Assembly: GCA_947626735.1 (NCBI GenBank)
Contig: CANQTK010000005.1
Span: forward strand, 178 to 64,177
Direction: 5' to 3'
Length of the DNA stretch: 64,000 nt
Origin: an uncultured Clostridia bacterium
Lineage (GTDB): Bacteria; Bacillota; Clostridia; TANB77; CAG-508
Made by a program: the position numbers and the translations under genes. The notes beneath the pieces are model-generated. The model did not search any database and had not been told where the DNA came from. It saw only the letters and a program-made list of their open reading frames with translations. Position 1 is the stretch's first letter. Each line of letters opens with the position of its first letter. Of this stretch, positions 28,729 to 37,481 are shown piece after piece.

Positions 28729-29154
28729 CTAGAATGGTAAATCGTCTCCGGAAGAAACTTCAAAATCGGAATTGCCTGCTGTTTCTGGCATTGTTCCAAA
28801 AGTAGCATCAAAATTTGTACTTGTTTCTCCTTCTCGTTTACTATCTGCAAAATAGGCTTCTTCTGCTACTACCTCTGTAACATAGTGTTTTTGTCCTTGG
28901 TCATCGTCCCAAGTTCTAGTTTGAATTCTGCCAATAATACCTACTTGTTGTCCTTTTTTAAAGTATTTGCTACAAAATTCTCCTAGTTTACTCCATGCTA
29001 CAATATTAATAAAATCTGCTTGTCTTTCTTCCCCTTGTCTTACAAATCTTCTATTAACAGCTAAGCTAAAAGAAGCAACTAATGTGTTGTTAGATTGTGT
29101 ATATCTAACTTCTGGGTCTCTTGTTAATCTTCCCATTAAAATTACTTTGTTCAT
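28729..29154 (-). CDS. ssb: single-stranded DNA-binding protein
   Basis: MNKVILMGRLTRDPEVRYT... OB fold and the acidic tail DDLPF. rpsF-ssb-rpsR synteny. Confidence 0.97.
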   Translation of the reverse strand: MNKVILMGRLTRDPEVRYTQSNNTLVASFSLAVNRRFVRQGEERQADFINIVAWSKLGEFCSKYFKKGQQVGIIGRIQTRTWDDDQGQKHYVTEVVAEEAYFADSKREGETSTNFDATFGTMPETAGNSDFEVSSGDDLPF

Positions 29155-29186
29155 ATTTTTTACCTTACCTTTCTCTTTAAAGGCTC

Positions 29187-29471
29187 TTATTTTTCTACTT
29201 TAATTGTCATGAATTTAATAATTTCATCTGTAATTCTATAAATTCTTTCAAGTTCAGCAATTAGGTGTGGATTTGCTTCAAAGTAAAATACAACATAGTA
29301 TCCTTCTTTATTTTTTTGTACTTCATAAGCTAATCTTTTTTTGCCTAATTCTTCTACTTTTTCTAGTTTTCCATCAGTATTAATCAAATCTGTAAATTTT
29401 TGAGTAAGTGCTTTTATTCCTTCTTCATCTACATTTGGATTAATAATGATCACACTTTCGTATGGATTCAT
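29187..29471 (-). CDS. rpsF: 30S ribosomal protein S6
   Basis: MNPYESVIIINPNVDEEGIKAL...GKKRLAYEVQKNKEGYYV. Confidence 0.95.
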   Translation of the reverse strand: MNPYESVIIINPNVDEEGIKALTQKFTDLINTDGKLEKVEELGKKRLAYEVQKNKEGYYVVFYFEANPHLIAELERIYRITDEIIKFMTIKVEK

Positions 29472-29607
29472 TATTGTTCACCTCCTTTTGGACTATTAAC
29501 CTACAAAATGATTGTAAGTAAGGATGTAAAAATGTTCTATTTTTACAACAGTAATATTTTATCATATTTTTTTGTCTATCGCAAGTAGTTTATAGAAATT
29601 TTCTTTC

Positions 29608-31389
29608 TTACCATGCCTTACTATAATATACCATTCCATACCCAAAGTTTAACTTACAATAAGGACCGATAAATTCTGGTTCTTGCCATTCTATTTCATA
29701 GGTAGGTTCTACTATTATTTCTCCGTTAGAATTAATAACTCCCCACTTATCTTCCTTTTTGATTCCAGCAAATCCATAAGCATTTAATTCTGTTACCATA
29801 TCATAAATTGGCTCTATAATTACTTGATCTTTTTGATTTTTAAAGCCCCATTTTCCATTTTGTTCAAAAGCAAATAACGATAAATCAGGAAAAATTTCTT
29901 TATTTTGTATTTCATTGCCATGAGAATCGAAATATTTTCTTTCTTGAGAGGAATATAACTTAATGTTATTTTTTTCTACTACTAAATTGGCTTCCTTCAT
30001 AGAAGCTACCTTTTCAACCTGTTCATTAAAAAGTTCTATCGTATATGGATTGGAAATAATCGCTTGTAAAACATTTTTTCCTTCCACTTTTTGAATGACA
30101 TCATAATTTGAAATGACTTCTTCTTTATTTTGCATGTTAATTACACTAACAGTGGAACCTTTTGTTACAATAAAATAGTTGCCAAAAGCATACTCGATAT
30201 AAGAATACTCATTTTCTAAAATTCGTGTTTGATTTTGGTCCATGATACCAAATTGGTCTTGCTCATTAACGGTAATAAAGTAATTGCTATTTTCTGTAGA
30301 AAGAACGGTAATATTATTTTGATTTTTCTTTTCTTTCCCTTCTTGGTCAAAATAATACGTAATACCATTTTTTTCAGCATTGATATTTTGCCCTGATATC
30401 ATGATAAAATCATATTCTGTTTTTAGAATTTCTTTTCCTTCTTTTGATATAACGCCTTGCTTCTCATTTTTTTCTACAATAAATAATTCATTTTGCTTGT
30501 TATATTCAATTTCTTCATAATTATGCTTAATGACTTGTTTTTTATTTTGATAAATACCTGCCTGTCCATTTTTTAGCGCAAACAAATAAACTTCATTTTG
30601 TGTTATTTCTGTAATACGATTGACTTCATTGTAGAGAACATCTAATAATTGTTCTCCTTTAAAATTAATATAACCATAGCGATATCCTTCTTGCTTTTTT
30701 TGCCCTACAATAAATCCTGCTTTTTGATACTTGGTTTCTTCTTCATAATACCCATCAGCACTAATAGAATCGTACGCAATTTTTACTATTTCTTTTCCTT
30801 TCATGTTAATAATGCCATATTTGCCCTCTTGCTTTACTAATAAACATCCTTCTTTATATAGTAAACTTTCTATACTATCATAAATGGCCTTTGTAATCTT
30901 TTTCCCTTCGAAATTAATGATACCATATTTTCCATTTTCTTTGTAAGTAAGCACACTTTTTTCATATGGGACTTCTACAGAAGCATCTTGAAACATAAGA
31001 GGTAACACTTGCTCATATTGTGTTAATATTTTTTCTCCCTTTTCATTTCGCACCTCTGTTTGATATTCTCCTGTTTGGGAATTATAGTTAAAATAACCAA
31101 TAAATACCCCTTTTGATGGATTTGGAATAATGAGCATATCATAAATTGGTTCTACTAAGACATTGGCCTTTTGGTCAATGACTCCATATTTTTCGTTTTC
31201 GTATAAACGGAAATACGAAAAATCTGTCACTTCTTCTATTTCATAGGTAGTATTACTATTTTGCCACCACCATAGTCCTAGGAAAATAAAAATGCAAATT
31301 AGAATGACTATCACAATAGAAAGAATTCCTAATTTTCTACTTTGTTTTGTCTTTTCTTTTTCTCTTCTTTTTTCTTCCTTTTTTTCCAT
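29608..31389 (-). CDS. WG-repeat (KWG) containing membrane-anchored protein
   Basis: 593 aa. N-terminal TM helix, then many GKYG(I/V)IN / KWGF / KWGVIN repeat units. Confidence 0.75.
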   Translation of the reverse strand: MEKKEEKRREKEKTKQSRKLGILSIVIVILICIFIFLGLWWWQNSNTTYEIEEVTDFSYFRLYENEKYGVIDQKANVLVEPIYDMLIIPNPSKGVFIGYFNYNSQTGEYQTEVRNEKGEKILTQYEQVLPLMFQDASVEVPYEKSVLTYKENGKYGIINFEGKKITKAIYDSIESLLYKEGCLLVKQEGKYGIINMKGKEIVKIAYDSISADGYYEEETKYQKAGFIVGQKKQEGYRYGYINFKGEQLLDVLYNEVNRITEITQNEVYLFALKNGQAGIYQNKKQVIKHNYEEIEYNKQNELFIVEKNEKQGVISKEGKEILKTEYDFIMISGQNINAEKNGITYYFDQEGKEKKNQNNITVLSTENSNYFITVNEQDQFGIMDQNQTRILENEYSYIEYAFGNYFIVTKGSTVSVINMQNKEEVISNYDVIQKVEGKNVLQAIISNPYTIELFNEQVEKVASMKEANLVVEKNNIKLYSSQERKYFDSHGNEIQNKEIFPDLSLFAFEQNGKWGFKNQKDQVIIEPIYDMVTELNAYGFAGIKKEDKWGVINSNGEIIVEPTYEIEWQEPEFIGPYCKLNFGYGMVYYSKAW

Positions 31390-31415
31390 TTGATTCCTCC
31401 ATCTTTTCTTTGGTG

Positions 31416-32699
31416 TTATAATTTACATGCCTTGACTAATAAAATTCTTTTTTCCTCATATTTTTCTATTTTATAACTTACCTTTTCCGTTTCAATAATA
31501 GGATTTTCATTATCTTCTGGTACTCTTCCTAATAATTCTAAAAGATAACCTGATAGGGTTTCATATTCTCCTTCTGGAATATCTACTTTTAAAATTTTCT
31601 TTAAATCACTAATCGTTACACTACCACTAATTAAAAATGTGGTATCATCTATTTTGGTATAATCGTTTTCTACTTCATCGTATTCATCAAAAATATTTCC
31701 TACAATTTCTTCTAGCAAATCCTCCATAGTAACTACGCCTGCTGTTCCGCCATATTCGTCAATGACAATTGCCATTTGCATTTTATTTTTTTGTAAATCT
31801 TTAAATAATTCATTAATTGGCTTATTTTCAGAAACAAAATAAGCTTCTCTCATGATATTTTTAATTTTCACTGGTTTTTTGTGATAGAGATATTTTAATA
31901 AATCTTTCACAAATAAAATGCCTTTAATATCATCAATGGTTTCTTCATATACAGGAATTCGACTATATTTATAACTATCTAATTCTTGAATAATTTCTTC
32001 TATATGGGAACTTATTTCAATAGCATAGACATCCATTCTATGGGTCATAACTTCCGATACAGAAATGTCGTTGAATTCAAAGATATTATGAATCATTTCT
32101 TTTTCTTCTTCTTCAATGATTCCCTTCTCTTCTCCTTCGTCAATTAACATTTTAATTTCTTCTTCTGTTACGGTTTCTTCTTCGTTTTCCGAAATACCAA
32201 ATAGTTTTGAAATCATGTTCGTTACGAGCGTTAAGACTTTCACAAAAGGTGCCGTTACCATAGAAATACCATAAATAATACGAATGGTAGCAAAAGCTAT
32301 TTTTTCGGCATACTTCATGGCTAACCTTTTGGGCACTAACTCTCCTAATACTAAAGTAAAAAAAGATAAAATAATAGTAATAAGTACAATAGAAATACCT
32401 TTTACAATTTCGAAAGGTACCATAGGCAGTATTTGATGCAATACTGGAGCTAAATAGCTAGCAAAAGCATCAGAGGCAAAAGCACTGGATAAAAATCCTG
32501 CCAAAGTAATACCAATTTGAATCGTAGCTAAAAATTTACTTGGATTTTTTAACATTTTTTCAATTTGTTTCGCTTTTTTATTTCCTTCTTTTGCTTGTTT
32601 TTCTATTTTTACATCATTTAAGGAAATAAAAGCAATTTCGGAAGCTGCAAAATAGGCATTTAATAAAATTAATAGCAATAAAATAAAAAGTTGTGTCAT
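31416..32699 (-). CDS. hemolysin/CNNM family protein (DUF21-CBS-CorC)
   Basis: 427 aa. DUF21 membrane domain, CBS pair (VSEVMTHRMDV..., MAIVIDEYGGTAGVVTMEDLLEEIVG), CorC-type C-terminus. Confidence 0.85.
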   Translation of the reverse strand: MTQLFILLLLILLNAYFAASEIAFISLNDVKIEKQAKEGNKKAKQIEKMLKNPSKFLATIQIGITLAGFLSSAFASDAFASYLAPVLHQILPMVPFEIVKGISIVLITIILSFFTLVLGELVPKRLAMKYAEKIAFATIRIIYGISMVTAPFVKVLTLVTNMISKLFGISENEEETVTEEEIKMLIDEGEEKGIIEEEEKEMIHNIFEFNDISVSEVMTHRMDVYAIEISSHIEEIIQELDSYKYSRIPVYEETIDDIKGILFVKDLLKYLYHKKPVKIKNIMREAYFVSENKPINELFKDLQKNKMQMAIVIDEYGGTAGVVTMEDLLEEIVGNIFDEYDEVENDYTKIDDTTFLISGSVTISDLKKILKVDIPEGEYETLSGYLLELLGRVPEDNENPIIETEKVSYKIEKYEEKRILLVKACKL

Positions 32700-32786
32700 T
32701 TTTTTCCCTTTCTTTATTGTTATATTTATGCCCTTTTTTGCTATTTTTATTATAGCTTTCCTTTATTTACTCTGTCAATATTTTTT

Positions 32787-33002
32787 TTAAGTTTCCTCTG
32801 TTTTTCTTGTTTCTATTACTTTATTTTCTAGTTGTGTTTGCTCATATTGCATTTCTACCTTTGCATTTTCTTGGTTAATTTGAATTTTTGCTGCTACATA
32901 AGTTTGATTGATTTCATATTTTGCCCATGCGATACTATAAAAGTACCAGGCAAATAGGAAACAAAATAAAAAGCAAAATTTTATTTTTTTCATATTTGCC
33001 AC
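32787..33002 (-). CDS. small membrane-anchored protein (last gene of the SipW cluster)
   Basis: 71 aa with one N-terminal hydrophobic helix. Tightly packed after 33009..33560. Confidence 0.4.
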   Translation of the reverse strand: MANMKKIKFCFLFCFLFAWYFYSIAWAKYEINQTYVAAKIQINQENAKVEMQYEQTQLENKVIETRKTEET

Positions 33003-33008
33003 CTCCTT

Positions 33009-33560
33009 TTAAGCTTTTTGAATGGAATGTATTTTAATCTCTATATTGCCTTCTATTTTTTCATTTGTTGTTTGTTTGGTTTTATCATATGTAATTTCTA
33101 AACGATAAGAATGCACTTGCTTTTCTTCTTTGCCTAGTTTGATTTTATTGGTTTTATCATTGGTTAATGGAATTGGCGTTTCTCCTTGGTATAAGGAAAA
33201 TTGAATGGAATCCTCATGAGGGGCAACAATTTCAATATAGTATTCCATGTCTACTTGACTTACTTCTTCTTCCTTATAATTTCTTACTTCAAATACATAA
33301 GCAGCTTTAGGGGCTAGTGCTGTAATTAAGATACTTTTTTGCGTTTCTACTTCTAAAATAGGTTTTGCAATATTAGCAAAAGCTTTTATTTGCATTTGTG
33401 TTTCATATTTTGCTAAACTTACTCCCACTAATATACCAAAGAAAATAACAAAAAATAATAAAATAAAAATGGTTATTTTTCTTTTCTTACTTCTTTTTTT
33501 TAATTCATTTTTCGTTTGTATTTCTTTTTGAAATAATTTCTTTTTCACTTTTTTTGGCAT
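33009..33560 (-). CDS. putative SipW-dependent secreted protein (TasA/camelysin-like signal region)
   Basis: 183 aa. K-rich N-terminus, TM helix, then VSLAKYETQ resembling the SipW-type signal motif. Beta-rich remainder. Confidence 0.45.
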   Translation of the reverse strand: MPKKVKKKLFQKEIQTKNELKKRSKKRKITIFILLFFVIFFGILVGVSLAKYETQMQIKAFANIAKPILEVETQKSILITALAPKAAYVFEVRNYKEEEVSQVDMEYYIEIVAPHEDSIQFSLYQGETPIPLTNDKTNKIKLGKEEKQVHSYRLEITYDKTKQTTNEKIEGNIEIKIHSIQKA

Positions 33561-33572
33561 TCTTTCCTCCTT

Positions 33573-33995
33573 TTATATAAGCCATAAACACAACAAAATC
33601 ACAAGCCAATAGAAACGATAAGTATATATCAATGCTAACAGTTTGGAATGGAAGATGACTTTGCCTTGAATTTGTTCTATTGTTACTACTTCTTGGTCTT
33701 GAATAGAATTAAAATCTCCTTTGGTAAGATAACCTTCTTGCTCTTTTTTTATGATTCTATGAGTAATATAATAATTTGTCTTCGTTTGATAAGTAATAAT
33801 GTCATTTTCTTCATATTGTTTTTTTCTCCATAAAATCACTACTTCTTTTTCTTGTATTTCTGGCATCATACTGCCAGACTGTATTTGAAAGAAAGAAATT
33901 GGGAAAGAAGAGACCAAAGGAGATTTTTCTTTTTTTAGACTAATGAAAAATAGAAAAAGACATAGAATGATGAGTATGTTTTGTACGATTTTCAT
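33573..33995 (-). CDS. sipW: signal peptidase I, archaeal/SipW type
   Basis: 140 aa. SGSMMPE (Ser box), ITHRII (His box), TKGDFNSIQD and a C-terminal TM helix. Confidence 0.75.
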   Translation of the reverse strand: MKIVQNILIILCLFLFFISLKKEKSPLVSSFPISFFQIQSGSMMPEIQEKEVVILWRKKQYEENDIITYQTKTNYYITHRIIKKEQEGYLTKGDFNSIQDQEVVTIEQIQGKVIFHSKLLALIYTYRFYWLVILLCLWLI

Positions 33996-34007
33996 TTTTG
34001 TCTTTTC

Positions 34008-34601
34008 TTATATTTCTGGGGCTACTTGTTCTGCTGTGATACAAATATCGAAAGCATACTGTTCTATTGTTTTGGCATCTTGCGTATCTTTTGCATTGTT
34101 TGCCTTTTTTTCTTCTTCTGTCTTTCCTGTTTCATATGGCCAATTCCATTCTACTTCCATCGTTTTTATTTTTTCATTACTATTTTGCTCGATAACGCCT
34201 GTTAAAAATGGTTCTAAGTCTTTTATGTTACTGACAACATGTCCTTCATATTGAAATTGTAAATTTTGTGGTTTGTTTTTTTCATTCAAAAAAGCAACAT
34301 GATAATCCATTCCCACCTCAGAACCAGTAGCATCTACAACAATAGTAAAAAATCCTTTTGTGCCAGGTGCCATATGGTTTTCTTTTAAAGTAGTATTTTT
34401 ATAATTTTGGGCTAAATTAAGATTGGTTGTGCTAGCCGTTTTTCCATTTACCAAAAAAGCCCATTTAGCTACATCCATAACACCTTTTCCTTCTACTTGT
34501 GTAATATATTTCGAGTAACTTCCTCTTCCAATTAACACCATTAAAATAAGGAGCAACACCAAAAGTAAAAGTAAGATTATTCTTTTCTTTGATTTTTTCA
34601 T
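34008..34601 (-). CDS. putative SipW-dependent secreted structural protein
   Basis: 197 aa. Signal anchor followed by GRGSYSKYITQ. No LPXTG. Confidence 0.45.
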   Translation of the reverse strand: MKKSKKRIILLLLLVLLLILMVLIGRGSYSKYITQVEGKGVMDVAKWAFLVNGKTASTTNLNLAQNYKNTTLKENHMAPGTKGFFTIVVDATGSEVGMDYHVAFLNEKNKPQNLQFQYEGHVVSNIKDLEPFLTGVIEQNSNEKIKTMEVEWNWPYETGKTEEEKKANNAKDTQDAKTIEQYAFDICITAEQVAPEI

Positions 34602-34630
34602 TCATCACCTTTTCCTTTCTTTCTTAATTT

Positions 34631-35224
34631 TCATTCTAAATTTGTTTCTATCTGTTGTGCTTTCACACACATTCTATAAGCTGGCATGTTTTCTACACAA
34701 GTAATTAAGGTTAATTGATTTTCTTTCGTATTTTCTAAAGGAGAAAAATCAGTTTCTTGTATTTTTCCCTTCCAAATGACAGAATAAGTTCTCGTTCCTT
34801 GCTCCGTTTGATACACGATAGTATCTTCTACTGCAAGCCTTTTAATTTCTTGGAAATAGTTATATTTATAGCCTCTATTGTGGGCAGCAAGCACTACATT
34901 ACCATTCCATTTACTCGTAGTTTCAAAATGTCCTACTGCTCTATGTAAAATTTCCTGACCCGTTCCTTCTAAAATAGGAGCATCTAAATGAATTTTTGGA
35001 ATCAAAATTCTCCATTCATGATTTTTATATTGATTCATAATTGGTTCTTCTATTTCTATTTTTGTAATGGGGGTTGTTTGACTTGTTTTAAGAATAAAAC
35101 TAGAATTGACTTCTTTTTTTGAATTTTCTCTAAATTGAGATAGAATAAAATACAAAGACATCCATATAACAATGGAAATAATAAGAGAAATGATTATTCC
35201 TTTTCTTTTGCTAAAGTTGGACAT
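34631..35224 (-). CDS. sortase family transpeptidase
   Basis: N-terminal anchor, VLAAHNRG (His), QLTLITC (catalytic Cys), R near the C-terminus. Start taken at MSNFSKRKG. Confidence 0.75.
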   Translation of the reverse strand: MSNFSKRKGIIISLIISIVIWMSLYFILSQFRENSKKEVNSSFILKTSQTTPITKIEIEEPIMNQYKNHEWRILIPKIHLDAPILEGTGQEILHRAVGHFETTSKWNGNVVLAAHNRGYKYNYFQEIKRLAVEDTIVYQTEQGTRTYSVIWKGKIQETDFSPLENTKENQLTLITCVENMPAYRMCVKAQQIETNLE

Positions 35225-35286
35225 ACATAATTTTTCCCTCCTTATTGTTTTCATTTTTGAAATTAAATTGCAATTTTGATTTCGAC

Positions 35287-35358
35287 TTTATGTTACCATA
35301 ACTTTTTTTATTTGTAAAGAATTTTTCATCGCCTTTTTCTTGCTTTTTTCGACTTTTG
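35287..35358. repeat. 72-bp direct repeat, copy A (flanks the toxIN cassette)
   Basis: tttatgttaccataactttttttatttgtaaagaatttttcatcgcctttttcttgcttttttcgacttttg. 71/72 identical to 36166..36237. Confidence 0.9.
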
Positions 35359-35381
35359 TTAAAAATATTTTGTTATTTAAA

Positions 35382-35909
35382 CTAGTTTTTGTTTCTACTA
35401 TATTCTAAACATTTTTGTTCTAGCAATTTAAAGTCCACCACATTTTGTATATAAGATACTTGCAAATGATGTATTTTTTGATGATATAAAACGTAGGAAA
35501 ACTTTTCTATCATTTTCTCATGTTTATGTATAAATTCTAGTTCTTTCTCAATTAATATTTTGTAATTTTTATCTTTTTCTAATTTTGGTTCATATAATAT
35601 AAGTTCACTTTTTGGTACTGGTATCATATTGCTAATTCTTAATGTTCCTTTTAATGCTATTGTTTCATCTTTTTCTTCATTTGATACAATTCTAATAATG
35701 GGAATAATAGATTTTCTTATTTTATTGTTTTGATAATCCGATTTTTTAGGGGATGACATTGGAATATAATAATTAAAATGATTGATTTTTAATACAACTC
35801 CTAAATATTTTCTAGTCATTTTTCTATTTTCTTCTTTATTGTCATAAACTTTACTATCAAAAGTCTTTAGATATTTTATATATTGATCTGATACAGAATA
35901 TAATTTCAT
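35382..35909 (-). CDS. toxN: type III toxin-antitoxin system ToxN/AbiQ family toxin (endoribonuclease)
   Basis: MKLYSVSDQYIKYLKTFDSKVYDNKEENRKMTRKYLGVVLKINHFNYYIPMSSPKK... matches the ToxN/AbiQ N-terminal pattern. GGAGGAAAT RBS before ATG 35909. The ORF-track start at 36017 is an upstream extension. Confidence 0.75.
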   Translation of the reverse strand: MKLYSVSDQYIKYLKTFDSKVYDNKEENRKMTRKYLGVVLKINHFNYYIPMSSPKKSDYQNNKIRKSIIPIIRIVSNEEKDETIALKGTLRISNMIPVPKSELILYEPKLEKDKNYKILIEKELEFIHKHEKMIEKFSYVLYHQKIHHLQVSYIQNVVDFKLLEQKCLEYSRNKN

Positions 35910-35962
35910 ATTTCCTCCTATTTTAATTTTTTTACATTTTCTTTTTTCTTCTTTTTTCGTAT

Positions 35963-35999
35963 AAAAATAAAAAAATGGTAAAGATGCAATCTTTACCAT
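35963..35999 (-). terminator. terminator between the antitoxin RNA and toxN (type III TA architecture)
   Basis: ATGGTAAAGAT-tgc-ATCTTTACCAT hairpin followed by a T-run on the minus strand. Confidence 0.65.
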
Positions 36000-36076
36000 T
36001 GATTTTACAGCTCCCACTTATTGGTAGGGTTCACCTGATTTTAGACTGTAAATAGATATTAATATCTATTCTTATT
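36000..36076 (-). ncRNA. toxI: ToxI-like antitoxin RNA, about 1.3-1.5 copies of a 36-nt unit
   Basis: Minus strand: ...cagtcTAAAATCA GGTGAACCCTACCAATAAGTGGGAGCTG TAAAATCA atggtaaag... The boundary octamer recurs with a 36-nt period (36000-36007 and 36036-36043). A 20-nt palindrome AATAGATATTAATATCTATT lies 5' of it. Confidence 0.5.
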
Positions 36077-36082
36077 ATATTC

Positions 36083-36112
36083 ATTATAATGTATTTTTAT
36101 GCTGTTTGTCAA
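36083..36112 (-). promoter_or_regulatory. toxIN promoter
   Basis: Minus strand TTGACA (36112-36107), 18 nt, TATAAT (36088-36083). Confidence 0.55.
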
Positions 36113-36165
36113 TATGATAAAACTTTTCTACTATAAATATTAATATAAAAATTTTTAATTTCAAT

Positions 36166-36237
36166 TTTATGTTACCATAACTTTTTTTATTTGTAAAGAA
36201 TTTTTCATCGCCTTTTTTTTGCTTTTTTCGACTTTTG
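36166..36237. repeat. 72-bp direct repeat, copy B
   Basis: Same 72-mer as 35287..35358 with one C/T difference. Offset 879 bp. Confidence 0.9.
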
Positions 36238-36374
36238 AAAGATTTTTGATGAGCTCAAATTTCTTCTTTATATAGCTAGGAAACAAATAAAAAAGGAAAT
36301 TTTTTCTAAAGTATTGTGATTTCAAAATATCTATAGTAAAATAGAATAAAGTGAGAAAAGGAAGAGAAAATTTT

Positions 36375-37481
36375 ATGCAATATACAAAAGAATTTGCTCC
36401 ATTAGGATTACCAAAAGAGTTTAAATTTGGAATAGAATTAGAAGCAAATAATGTAAAAACAAAAGGTAAAAACGGACTATATACAGGAGAAAGTGCTAAG
36501 TATCTTCAAAGTAAACATTGGCACATGGCTAAAGCCAGCGAAGAAGCACTTGTTTCAGAAGGTGGAGCAGAACTAGTTTCCCCTATTTTACAGGATTCCG
36601 AACAAGATTGGAAAAATATTTCCGATATCTGTGAACACATGAAGAAATATCCTGGACAAAAAGGTAATGAAGTTGTTACCGATAGCAAATGTGGCTTACA
36701 TATTCATTTCGACGCGGAATGTTTAAGATGTAACCCAAACAGAATGAGAAATTTTTTAAGATTATATGCTGAAGCAGAAGAGCTATTATACAAAATGTGT
36801 AATGATAAAAATGATCCTATACGAAAAGGAGCGATAAATAAAGACTTTAAAGGAATTCATATCGTTTCTGCCTTATGGAGAAATGGAATGGCTGCCCCTA
36901 CTGGAAAAAAGATATTTAAACAGATACAAGACGGAACCTTAAAGGTATCGTATCAAAATTTTGGAAAACTAAAAACTCTTGCTGGTAAATATAAATTAGA
37001 TGAAAGAAGATATGCTGGTTTAAATTTAACCAATATAGGAAATCGTAAAAAAAATACCATAGAATTTAGAATGGCAAATGGAACTTTAAATCCAGAAGTC
37101 ATCAAGCAGAATGTATTTTTATATGCTTCTTTAATAAATACCGCTATTCAAATAACAGAAAATCCAACAATATATCAAGAACAACTAGAAACATTTTATC
37201 GAACCAATGTAAACGAAAAACAAAAAGTAGAAAATTTTTTAAATCTTATTATCGCCAATCCAGAAGATATACAAATTTATAAAGAAAGATGGGAAAGCGT
37301 CAAAGATTCTTCTGTATTTCTAAAAAACGATAGAAAAGGGTTTGCTCAAAATAGGTTTAAAAGGGAGCAATTTAAGCAAATAGCAGATAGAACACCTAGC
37401 GATAGAATTCATGCAACTTATTTACAAATAAAAGATATGTTACTAAAAACAAAGGATAAGGGAGTTGTAATATATGATTGA
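36375..37481 (+). CDS. amidoligase (Amidoligase_2, glutamine-synthetase-like fold) family protein
   Basis: FGIELEAN ... GAELVSPIL ... CGLHIHFD ... IEFRMANGTL pattern. Start taken at MQYTKEF (36375). Confidence 0.6.
   Translation: MQYTKEFAPLGLPKEFKFGIELEANNVKTKGKNGLYTGESAKYLQSKHWHMAKASEEALVSEGGAELVSPILQDSEQDWKNISDICEHMKKYPGQKGNEVVTDSKCGLHIHFDAECLRCNPNRMRNFLRLYAEAEELLYKMCNDKNDPIRKGAINKDFKGIHIVSALWRNGMAAPTGKKIFKQIQDGTLKVSYQNFGKLKTLAGKYKLDERRYAGLNLTNIGNRKKNTIEFRMANGTLNPEVIKQNVFLYASLINTAIQITENPTIYQEQLETFYRTNVNEKQKVENFLNLIIANPEDIQIYKERWESVKDSSVFLKNDRKGFAQNRFKREQFKQIADRTPSDRIHATYLQIKDMLLKTKDKGVVIYD

Noticed and set aside
29472-29607. rpsF (S6:S18) regulatory leader
   Set aside because: A TTGCGA-17-TAAAAT promoter and small hairpins are visible, but I cannot match the published leader structure by eye.
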